DNA of 32,000 nucleotides. Source: Candidatus Nitrospira inopinata. Lineage in GTDB: Bacteria > Nitrospirota > Nitrospiria > Nitrospirales > Nitrospiraceae. The DNA lies in the NCBI RefSeq assembly GCF_001458695.1, contig NZ_LN885086.1, forward strand, positions 1,050,001 to 1,082,000, given 5' to 3'. Below are positions 7,250-14,815 of the stretch, piece by piece. The translations under genes were made by a program, and so were the position numbers. The notes below the pieces were generated by a model that saw nothing but the letters and a program-made list of their open reading frames with translations, had not been told where the DNA came from and searched no databases. Every line of letters begins with the position of its first letter. The first letter of the stretch is position 1.

Positions 7250-9538
7250 TCACCCCATATCCACGGGATCCATATCGGCGATACATGTGATCCGCCTCCC
7301 TCGATATTCCCGTTCCATCGCCTCGAGAGAGTCCCGCACCCATCGACAGAGGAGCGCGCGATCGGTTCCTTTGACGAGGAGCTGCCGGCGAACGTGCCGC
7401 TTCGGCGTGCGACCCATGGCAGGGACCGGTCCCAGAACGGTCAGCATCGCGTCGCTGAGTTCCTCCAAACGCGCTTTCCATTGCGCGGCGGCCGTTGTAA
7501 CTTCCGTCTGGTCCGCGCCGGACACGGAAAGGGCGGCCAAGTGGCGGGCCGGTGGAAAGTGCAATAGGCGACGAGCCGCCAGTTCTTCCTCGTAAAACCG
7601 ATGGGGGGATCCGGAAAGGACGGCCTGAATGGCGTGATGCGCGGGAAACTTCGTCTGCAGAATGACTCGGCCTCCTTGCGCGGCGGGGCGCGCACAACCG
7701 ACGGCGTCGTCGAGAAGCTGATACATCCGTTCCGCCGCGCGAAAGTCCGGGACGTGCAAGCCGGAGTCGGCTTGAAGGACGCCGACGAGACCTCGGCGCG
7801 GAAAGGGAAGATGCTGAAACAGGGCTTGCGTTCCGATCAAAATGTCCCATGAGTTCGAGCGAACTCTCTCCCAGAGATCGCGAGCCGCGGATGGGCGACG
7901 CAATCGATCGCCGTCCAGCCGAAGAACGGAGGCCGTGGGGAAGAGTCGTCTCGCCTCGGCCTCGGCTCGCTCGGTTCCCTCGCCGACCGAGACCAAGTGG
8001 ACGGCCTTGCAGGTCGGGCAAGATCGCGGGAAGGGATCAGTCTCCCCGCAGTAGCGGCACGCGAGTCTGTCGGATTCACGTGAGTAGGCGAGCGGAACCA
8101 CGCATGCCGAACAGCGCGGCATCCAGCCGCAGTCCCGGCAGAGCAGGGTGCGCGCGTACCCTTTGCGATTGAGAAACAGCACGACGCCGGCCCCGGACGA
8201 GACGGCCTCGTCCATCGCCTCGACAAGCCGTCGGCTGAAGAGGGTTCCCCGCGGCTCACGATTCAAATCGATGAGCTCCACGATCGGCCGGCTCGTGGGG
8301 TCCGGGGGAACGGTATGGATTTCGGCGACCGCGTCAAACATCGACTCAAGGGACGGGTGAGCGGATGCCAGCACGAGCAGAGCACGTTCCATCTCGGCCC
8401 TGATCCAAGCCACCCCTCGCGCGTGATAGCGGGGTTCCCGTGGCTCCTTGAAGGCCGGATCCTCTTCCCCGTCAATCCAAATCAAGCCGATCGATCTGAG
8501 CGGCGCGAAGACCGCCGATCGTGTTCCGACGATGACGGACGGACTCCCCTCCTCTGCTCGTCCAAAACGCCGGGGGGACGCTGCCGGGGAAAGAACGGAG
8601 ACGGGAAATTCGCCGATGTCCGACAGGAATCGTCCGAGCCATTTGGCTTTGTCCGCCTCCCCTGAGAGGACAATGGCCGACTTTCCGATCGCAAGGGTAT
8701 GCCGGATGGCGTCGGCGAGCCGGTTGATCCGGTGTTCCCACGGGGCGTGCAGAACGATTTTCTTGGGTTGATCGGCTCGAAGATATTCGACGATCCTGTT
8801 CTCCCATAGCGAGTCCCTCTCCGTGTGTTCCGTCGCCGGAGGAGGAAGGAGCGGAGAGGGGGATGAAGATGGAGCGGGAGCGACTCTCGCCCCTGCTTCA
8901 TGAGCGACGGGCTCGTCGGTCTGAACAAGTGCATCGGGTCTTGGATCGGCGGAAGCCGTGGCGACGATCCATGACCGGCGTTCAAGATCCTCGATGGCTT
9001 CCCACTCATGTCGGTCGCGGCTCTTCCGGATGGCGGATAACGAGATCCCTCGACGGGTCCGCGCGATGCGTGTCAGCATGGCTCGCAAGTGATCCGGGCA
9101 GGTTCCGGAGTCGAGAGCGGCGCGTCCCGGCTCCGTTGCGCGGTATCGAACGGAGGAAGCGCGTCGCTTGAGTTGCCAAGGCAGGACGAGTCGAAGACAT
9201 TGGCCCCAGGGAGCGACGTACTGTTCCGCGATGATGCGGGACAGCTCAAGCCACGAAGACCCCTGTTCGGTCCCATAGGCGCCGTCGGCCAAACAATGAA
9301 TGCTCTTAAGACGAGACGACTTGATGCCGTTCGGCGGCCGGTCGCTCAGGGAAATGACGGCCCCTTCCACGATGGTCCGCCCGAACGGGACAAGAACCGT
9401 CCGTCCGACGGCGATCTCCTGAGCTAGAGGATGGGGCACGATGTATGTAAAGGCCTTGCTGATATGGCGGGGAATAATCACGTCGGCATAGAGACCGCTC
9501 GTCCGAATCGCGGGCGCGGGATGTTCGGGCAAAGCCAT
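7250..9538 (-). CDS. priA: primosomal protein N' (PriA) homologue with degenerate helicase motifs
   Basis: PriA architecture is present. N-terminal DNA-binding region: YADVIIPRHISKAFTYIVP. Cys-rich zinc region: CRDCGWMPRCSACVVPLAY...CRYCGETDPFPRSCPTC. Also RYHARGVA, ILIGTQ, and the C-terminal domain ending DVDPVDMG-like. The first ATG is at 9538; the ORF track opens at a TTG at 9553. Confidence 0.85.
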   Translation of the reverse strand: MALPEHPAPAIRTSGLYADVIIPRHISKAFTYIVPHPLAQEIAVGRTVLVPFGRTIVEGAVISLSDRPPNGIKSSRLKSIHCLADGAYGTEQGSSWLELSRIIAEQYVAPWGQCLRLVLPWQLKRRASSVRYRATEPGRAALDSGTCPDHLRAMLTRIARTRRGISLSAIRKSRDRHEWEAIEDLERRSWIVATASADPRPDALVQTDEPVAHEAGARVAPAPSSSPSPLLPPPATEHTERDSLWENRIVEYLRADQPKKIVLHAPWEHRINRLADAIRHTLAIGKSAIVLSGEADKAKWLGRFLSDIGEFPVSVLSPAASPRRFGRAEEGSPSVIVGTRSAVFAPLRSIGLIWIDGEEDPAFKEPREPRYHARGVAWIRAEMERALLVLASAHPSLESMFDAVAEIHTVPPDPTSRPIVELIDLNREPRGTLFSRRLVEAMDEAVSSGAGVVLFLNRKGYARTLLCRDCGWMPRCSACVVPLAYSRESDRLACRYCGETDPFPRSCPTCKAVHLVSVGEGTERAEAEARRLFPTASVLRLDGDRLRRPSAARDLWERVRSNSWDILIGTQALFQHLPFPRRGLVGVLQADSGLHVPDFRAAERMYQLLDDAVGCARPAAQGGRVILQTKFPAHHAIQAVLSGSPHRFYEEELAARRLLHFPPARHLAALSVSGADQTEVTTAAAQWKARLEELSDAMLTVLGPVPAMGRTPKRHVRRQLLVKGTDRALLCRWVRDSLEAMEREYRGRRITCIADMDPVDMG

Positions 9539-9650
9539 GCGGTATTGTAGCAACGGGAAAAAAAGGAGGACAACGGAGGAGGAACGTGCTCGCGGGTGAA
9601 AGGGTGCAATGGCGTGACTTTTCCCCGCCCGCTACGCAGAAGAGGTCCGG

Positions 9651-11279
9651 CTATGAGCCAGAGGAGTCGGGGTTGTTGGCTTGATCACCGATGCCCTGCG
9701 GAGGCGGGCTGTTTCTTAAGGAATCGCTCGAGGGAAGATGTCCGTCGCTCGGGGGCGTCTGCGATTGATGGTCGCCGTCGGAGAGCGTGACGTCTGGCGC
9801 ATCAAGGCCGTCGAGCGTTGCTGAATGTTCAGAAGAAGTGGCCTGAAGGGGGTGGTCGTGGATGGAAAATGTGCCGGATCCTGTTTTTGGGGAGAGGTCG
9901 GAAGAGGGATGTTCCGCGCGTTTTTCCGATTGGACATTCAGGGGGGCGGATTCGTTTTGCGTCTGGCGGCGCTCGTTACTGCCGGGAAGCGCCGAGGGGC
10001 TTGGTTCATAGAGCACGATTTCCACGCGGCGATTTTTTCGACGCCCCTCCTCGTTGGCGTTGGTCGCGGTGGGTCTCCCGTCCCCGTATCCGACGGCCGT
10101 GAGGCGGGCCGGATCTAATCCTCCCCGCTCAACGAGGTAGCGGACGACGCTGTCCGCGCGGGCGTTTGCAAGATCCACGTTGCTTGCGTAGCGGGCTCGC
10201 AATGATGGACCGATCTCCACGTTGTCCGTGTGTCCCTCCACTCGAATGAGCCGAGAATCGCTACTGTCGATGAGATAAGCGATCAATTGATCCAGCACGT
10301 GATGGCCTTCGGGTTTAATGGCGGCTTGTCCCGATTCGTAATACAGAACATTGGATAAATCGCCGAGGTTGATCCGGCTTTCTCCGGACGCCTTCCGCGT
10401 CGTCAATTGCTTCGTGACGAGATCGGTCGGCGCCCTCTCTTCTTTCGGCGCCGTTGCCGGCGAGAGGGCGGTTTCCCACGATTGAGCCATCGGTTCTCGT
10501 GGTTCTCGGCCCCCGATTCGCTTGACCCGGTCTCCTTTAAACACGCGGGTGTTTGCTTTGATCACGCGCGCCGTTGCCGTATGGTCCTCCGTGGACAAGA
10601 CTTTGATCTGGCCGATTTTTCGGACCGGCAGCCCGACGCTATGACGGTAAAGATCCAAGACATCGCCGGCTTGTAGTCCGTCCGCGCTCCCGCGATCCAC
10701 ATATACGACGTTCCATTGCGAAACCATGGTCATGGGCTTGTCGGCCTGAATCTCGACGATCATTCCCTCGACATCCGCGGCTCGGTCCTCGCTTCCGACC
10801 TCTCCGGCGGGTGGAGCGACGAAGCGCATCACGAGATCTCCGGGTGCAATGGGCCCATAGCCGACGACCGTTTCAGCGGTCGTCAGTTCGTGTTCGACAT
10901 CGATGACCTTGACGACCGCCACGCGGATGGTGACCGAGCCGAGATATTCTCTGGTAAGCGGGTGGAAGACCTTGCGGACGCGTCGATAGACGGTAAAGAG
11001 ATCTCCGATCGCCGCCGCTGCCGGGTTGTCGAGTTTGAGATAGAGGACGTCGCGGGTCCCAAGGAGCATTCGGTTGCCGGAAGATTGATTGTCTCCGGTG
11101 ATCAGATTCACAATGCCGTCGCGAGGAGTGACTTTCTGGATCGCCCCGCTTGCAAAGGCGACGGCCGTCTCGCCGTAACGAACGACACGGGGGTCCTGGA
11201 TTTGCGCGAACGCGTCGTCCAGGCACAGAGTCAGGCCCAAAGGGAGGATCAGAGCACAAGTCGTCATCATCTTCATCAT
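9651..11279 (-). CDS. OmpA-family (peptidoglycan-associated) protein with signal peptide, duplicated N-terminal beta-rich modules and a long low-complexity tail
   Basis: Start MMKMMTTCALILPLGLTLCLDDAFA (signal peptide) at ATG 11279, preceded by AAGGA. OmpA_C domain: VEGHTDNVEI...NVDLANARADSVVRYLV...GYGDGRPTATNANEEGRRKNRRVEIVLYE. The ORF track opens at 11351, upstream of the SD. Confidence 0.8.
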   Translation of the reverse strand: MMKMMTTCALILPLGLTLCLDDAFAQIQDPRVVRYGETAVAFASGAIQKVTPRDGIVNLITGDNQSSGNRMLLGTRDVLYLKLDNPAAAAIGDLFTVYRRVRKVFHPLTREYLGSVTIRVAVVKVIDVEHELTTAETVVGYGPIAPGDLVMRFVAPPAGEVGSEDRAADVEGMIVEIQADKPMTMVSQWNVVYVDRGSADGLQAGDVLDLYRHSVGLPVRKIGQIKVLSTEDHTATARVIKANTRVFKGDRVKRIGGREPREPMAQSWETALSPATAPKEERAPTDLVTKQLTTRKASGESRINLGDLSNVLYYESGQAAIKPEGHHVLDQLIAYLIDSSDSRLIRVEGHTDNVEIGPSLRARYASNVDLANARADSVVRYLVERGGLDPARLTAVGYGDGRPTATNANEEGRRKNRRVEIVLYEPSPSALPGSNERRQTQNESAPLNVQSEKRAEHPSSDLSPKTGSGTFSIHDHPLQATSSEHSATLDGLDAPDVTLSDGDHQSQTPPSDGHLPSSDSLRNSPPPQGIGDQANNPDSSGS

Positions 11280-11323
11280 GGTGGTTCCTTCACGTAAGAC
11301 GTGAGCGAAGGGATATTGGAAAA

Positions 11324-11351
11324 ACCATAGCAAATCATGTTGACTTGTCAA
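11324..11351 (-). promoter_or_regulatory. putative sigma70 promoter for the OmpA-family gene
   Basis: Read on the minus strand: -35 TTGACA (11346-11351), 16-nt spacer, -10 TATGGT (11324-11329), about 45 nt upstream of ATG 11279. The -35 is part of the palindrome TTGAC-TT-GTCAA (11340-11351). Confidence 0.35.
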
Positions 11352-11504
11352 GAATTTGGAGCCGGCCGGCTTGGGTTTGACGACCGTTTTCGCGCGGTGT
11401 TATAGATCTTCCATGCGGGACCGGCGAGGGCGTCTTGGGCTCGCAATTTGAAGCAGAGCTCCGATGCAGGTGTAGGGGTGCGGGTGGAAGGAGGTCCATG
11501 ACTC

Positions 11505-11711
11505 ATGGCCGATCAATGTGAGATTCCCGCGCGCTCTTTCAAGAAGAAACGGATTGAGACTCAAATCCATCGGCGCCGGGCCGCTCCGGCCTCCGGCTCA
11601 ATGGAATCGGAGTGGGATGCTTCACAAGAAGAACCGCCGAACCGGCTAAAAATGATGCCCTCCCCGGCACAGCGGAGGATGGAGGAACATCTCAGCGAGC
11701 ATCTCGAGTAG
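11505..11711 (+). CDS. possible small hypothetical protein (68 aa), very uncertain
   Basis: The ATG is preceded by GGAGG (11489-11493). The stop codon sits in the loop/stem of a perfect 9-bp hairpin (11697-11719). No recognisable motif. This could equally be non-coding leader sequence. Confidence 0.2.
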   Translation: MADQCEIPARSFKKKRIETQIHRRRAAPASGSMESEWDASQEEPPNRLKMMPSPAQRRMEEHLSEHLE

Positions 11712-11755
11712 AGATGCTCAGGGATTGGGGTCTTCTCTTTTTTATTCAGCATGAT

Positions 11756-11894
11756 GAGACGTCATGCGTTCTCGTTCGGGGCGGAGCGAGTTCCCGTCAA
11801 TTCCTACTAACTCCTACTACTTGAAATTGTTCGGCGGGAGCAGCCATTCGTTCTCGTTCGCGACGAGCGAGAGAGCGGGGAGACGTTATGCGTT
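11756..11894. repeat. cluster of short dispersed direct repeats and hairpins in the nuo upstream region
   Basis: gagacgtYatgcgtt occurs at 11756-11770 and 11880-11894 (14/15 identical). cgttctcgttcg occurs at 11767-11778 and 11849-11860 (12/12), each followed by gagcgag so that a 7-8 bp hairpin forms (11771-11790, 11853-11871). tcctacta is tandem at 11802-11809 and 11812-11819. Confidence 0.5.
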
Positions 11895-12051
11895 GAACGA
11901 CAAAAGGTCATCAGCGGATCGTCCCCCTAATTGTTGGTGTAGGACTTTCGGGTCTGGCCGAATTAGGTCCTTTGCTCGCTTGCTATCTTGCGAACCTTCT
12001 ATCTAAGATCCATAACTTCTTTTTCAAGTCAATATCTTGCGAGTCGGAACA

Positions 12052-12432
12052 ATGGTCGAGCCGGATCTTGCCCAATATCTGACGAAATTCCTTCCTATTC
12101 TGCTGTTTATTTTTGCCGCGCTCACCTTTGGGATCGGAACGTTGGTGGTGAGTTATCTTGTCCAGCCCAAGTATCCGGAGCCGGAAAAACTGTCGGTGTA
12201 TGAGTGCGGCTCGGAGCCCTTTTCCGACGCCCGGATGCCGTTTCCGGTCCGGTACTACGTCTTTGCCGTGCTGTTCGTCATTTTCGACATCGAAGTGATT
12301 TTCCTGTATCCCTGGGCGGTGGTGTTTCGCAACATCGGGATCATCGGGTTGATCGAGATGTTGATTTTTATCGGTCTGTTCGTCGTGGCGTACGTGTACG
12401 CCTGGCGAAAGGGGGCGTTGGAATGGGACTGA
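12052..12432 (+). CDS. nuoA: NADH-quinone oxidoreductase subunit A
   Basis: YECGSEPF...[25 protein letters not shown] matches the NuoA/ND3 signature, with three TM segments. The ATG is at 12052; the ORF track opens at a TTG at 12037. Confidence 0.9.
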   Translation: MVEPDLAQYLTKFLPILLFIFAALTFGIGTLVVSYLVQPKYPEPEKLSVYECGSEPFSDARMPFPVRYYVFAVLFVIFDIEVIFLYPWAVVFRNIGIIGLIEMLIFIGLFVVAYVYAWRKGALEWD

Positions 12433-12950
12433 TCCAACTGGGGCGGCACGAAAAGGACGGCACGCCGGACGTCTTCGTCGGTTCACTGGAAAAGGCGGTG
12501 AATTGGGCGCGCAAAGGCTCTCTGTGGCCCATGACTTTCGGGCTCGCCTGTTGCGCCATTGAAATGATGGCCGCCGTGTCCTCCCGATACGACATGGATC
12601 GGTTCGGCGCGGGCGTGTTTCGCGGTTCGCCGAGGCAGTCGGACCTCATGATCGTGGCGGGAACGGTCTGCCGTCGAATGGCGCCGGTGATCAGGAAGAT
12701 CTACGATCAGATGCCGGAGCCGAAGTATGTCATCGCGATGGGCTCATGCGCGACGTCCGGCAATATCTATGACAGTTACAGCGTCGTGCAGGGGGTCGAT
12801 CGGTTCATTCCGGTTGATATGTATGTGCCCGGCTGTCCCCCGACGCCGGAAGCCCTGCTGGACGGCATCTTGAAGCTTCAAGAGCGAATCATGCAGCGGC
12901 GCGTGTTCACCAGTCAGCCGAAAGAAGTGAAGATCGGTCTGAAAGTATAA
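12423..12950 (+). CDS. nuoB: NADH-quinone oxidoreductase subunit B (N2 cluster subunit)
   Basis: [11 protein letters not shown] (tandem Cys), [13 protein letters not shown] and PGCPP supply all four N2 ligands. ATG 12423 overlaps the nuoA stop by 10 nt. The ORF upstream of 12423 is the out-of-frame shadow of nuoA. Confidence 0.92.
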   Translation: MGLIQLGRHEKDGTPDVFVGSLEKAVNWARKGSLWPMTFGLACCAIEMMAAVSSRYDMDRFGAGVFRGSPRQSDLMIVAGTVCRRMAPVIRKIYDQMPEPKYVIAMGSCATSGNIYDSYSVVQGVDRFIPVDMYVPGCPPTPEALLDGILKLQERIMQRRVFTSQPKEVKIGLKV

Positions 12951-12967
12951 AAGCCAGGCGGTCTCCG

Positions 12968-13462
12968 ATGCACCAATTGGCCAAGCGGATTCAGGAGTCG
13001 TTCGCGAGCGGGTTCGTCAGCGCGTCGGAATGGCGCGGGGACGTGGCCGTCACCGTCACGAGAGACAAGGTTCATGACATCGCCGAGTTTCTTCATGACG
13101 ATCCGGGGATGGATTTTGATTACATCGTCCACGTAAGTTCGGTGGATTGGCCGGACGACGAGGAGCGGTTCGAAGTGGTGTGGGAATTCTACTCGATTCG
13201 GAAGCGGCACCGCCTTCGATTGAAGACCAGAGTGCCGGAGTCCGATTGTGTCGTGGACTCCCTGACGGATCTGTGGAAGGGAGCGGATTTCATGGAGCGC
13301 GAAGTCTACGACATGATGGGGATTCGATTTCGAAACCATCCGGACCTCCGACGAATTCTGTTGCCGGACGATTTTGCCGAAGGCTATCCCTTGCGAAAGG
13401 ATTTCCCGCTCCGGGGCAGGGGGTGGCGCGACACCTTTGAATTTTTGGACGAGCAATCCTGA
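12968..13462 (+). CDS. nuoC: NADH-quinone oxidoreductase subunit C (30 kDa)
   Basis: WKGADFMEREVYDMMGIRFRNHPDLRRILLPDDF matches the NuoC signature. Confidence 0.9.
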   Translation: MHQLAKRIQESFASGFVSASEWRGDVAVTVTRDKVHDIAEFLHDDPGMDFDYIVHVSSVDWPDDEERFEVVWEFYSIRKRHRLRLKTRVPESDCVVDSLTDLWKGADFMEREVYDMMGIRFRNHPDLRRILLPDDFAEGYPLRKDFPLRGRGWRDTFEFLDEQS

Positions 13463-13479
13463 CAGCGTAACGGCGATCT

Positions 13480-14724
13480 ATGGCGTTCGAAGATCAAAGA
13501 ACCACGGTCTATAAAGTCGATCCGGAACATCCGGAGAGCGAGACGCTTCCCGCGTTGCGGACCGAAGAGCTGCTCCTGAACATGGGGCCGCAGCATCCGA
13601 GCACGCACGGGGTGCTCAAGGTCATCATGGAATTGGAGGGGGAGCGGGTGGTGAAGTCCACGCCGGTCATGGGGTATCTCCATCGCGGGGTCGAAAAGCT
13701 GGCCGAGGACGGCACCTATCATCAGTTCATCCCCCATACGGATCGCCTCGACTACGTCTGCGCCATGTACAACAACTTCGCCTATTGCCGGGCCGTGGAA
13801 AAACTGTTGGACCTCAAGGTGCCGGACCGCGCCGAGTATCTGCGGACCATCGTGGCGGAGGTTCAGCGTATCATCGGGCATCTCTTCTGGCTGAGCGCCC
13901 AGGCGCTGGACATCGGCGCCATGACGGTCTTCTTCTACTGCTTTCGCGACCGCGAAATCCTCTTGGATTGGTTTGACGAGCTCTGCGGAGCTCGTCTCAC
14001 GACCAGTTGGTATCGCATCGGAGGAGTCGAGCGGGACTTGACGCCGTCGCTGATCGCGAAACTGAAGGCGTTTCTCGATTATTTTCCGCCCAAGATCGAT
14101 GAGTATCAGGTCTTCCTGGAAAAGAACCGCATTTGGCTCGCTCGGACGAAGGGCATCGCCGTCATTTCGGCCGAGGACGCCGTCAATTTCGGGTTGAGCG
14201 GGCCGACGCTGCGCGGGTCCGGCGTGGATTACGATCTGCGCAAGTATGAGCCTTACAGCGCCTATCCGAAGTGCGAGTTCAGCGTGCCGGTCGGAAAGAA
14301 CGGCGATACCTACGACCGGTACTGGATCCGTATGATGGAGCTGTACGAAAGCGTGAAAATCATCAAACAGTGTTTGGAGCAGATGCAGGAGGGCCCTGTC
14401 ATGGCGGAGGTTCCCAGTGTGACCTTCCCGCCCAAGCAGCGAGTCTTTACGAATCTCGAGTCGATGATCCAGCAGTTCAAGCTCTTCTCGCAGGGCTTCA
14501 AAGCGCCGCCCGGTGAAATCTATTGCGGGACCGAAGCGCACAAGGGGGAGCTCGGTTTCTATATCGTCAGCACGGGAGGCGGCAAACCCTATCGGCTGAA
14601 AATCCGCGCTCCGTCGTTCATCCACATGGGGGCGTTCGACCACATGGCCAGGGGCTACATGATTTCCGACGCCTGCACGATTTTTGGAACCTACGATATC
14701 GTCATGGGCGAGTGCGATCGATAG
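13480..14724 (+). CDS. nuoD: NADH-quinone oxidoreductase subunit D (49 kDa)
   Basis: NMGPQHPSTHGVL, GYLHRGVEKL and the C-terminal YDIVMGECDR are canonical NuoD / NiFe-hydrogenase large-subunit-like motifs. Confidence 0.93.
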   Translation: MAFEDQRTTVYKVDPEHPESETLPALRTEELLLNMGPQHPSTHGVLKVIMELEGERVVKSTPVMGYLHRGVEKLAEDGTYHQFIPHTDRLDYVCAMYNNFAYCRAVEKLLDLKVPDRAEYLRTIVAEVQRIIGHLFWLSAQALDIGAMTVFFYCFRDREILLDWFDELCGARLTTSWYRIGGVERDLTPSLIAKLKAFLDYFPPKIDEYQVFLEKNRIWLARTKGIAVISAEDAVNFGLSGPTLRGSGVDYDLRKYEPYSAYPKCEFSVPVGKNGDTYDRYWIRMMELYESVKIIKQCLEQMQEGPVMAEVPSVTFPPKQRVFTNLESMIQQFKLFSQGFKAPPGEIYCGTEAHKGELGFYIVSTGGGKPYRLKIRAPSFIHMGAFDHMARGYMISDACTIFGTYDIVMGECDR

Positions 14725-14815
14725 GAATCGGTATGGTTGCGGCGCAAAATTCGGCGGGTTGCGCCCATCAAGACTTGCGAGCGGGTGAAACCGTGACGGG
14801 GTGCGGGGAAACGCC

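Noticed and set aside
6441-8021. Antisense ORFs 6441-7220 (259 aa) and 7221-8021 (266 aa).
   Set aside because: They are Arg/Gly/Pro-rich with no motifs, and lie opposite the CheY-like gene, the membrane ORF and priA respectively.
11697-11743. Rho-independent terminator (9-bp perfect hairpin plus T-run).
   Set aside because: The T6 run begins about 18 nt after the stem rather than immediately after it, and the stem is only moderately GC-rich. It is kept as an unexplained hairpin in the leader finding, not annotated as a terminator.
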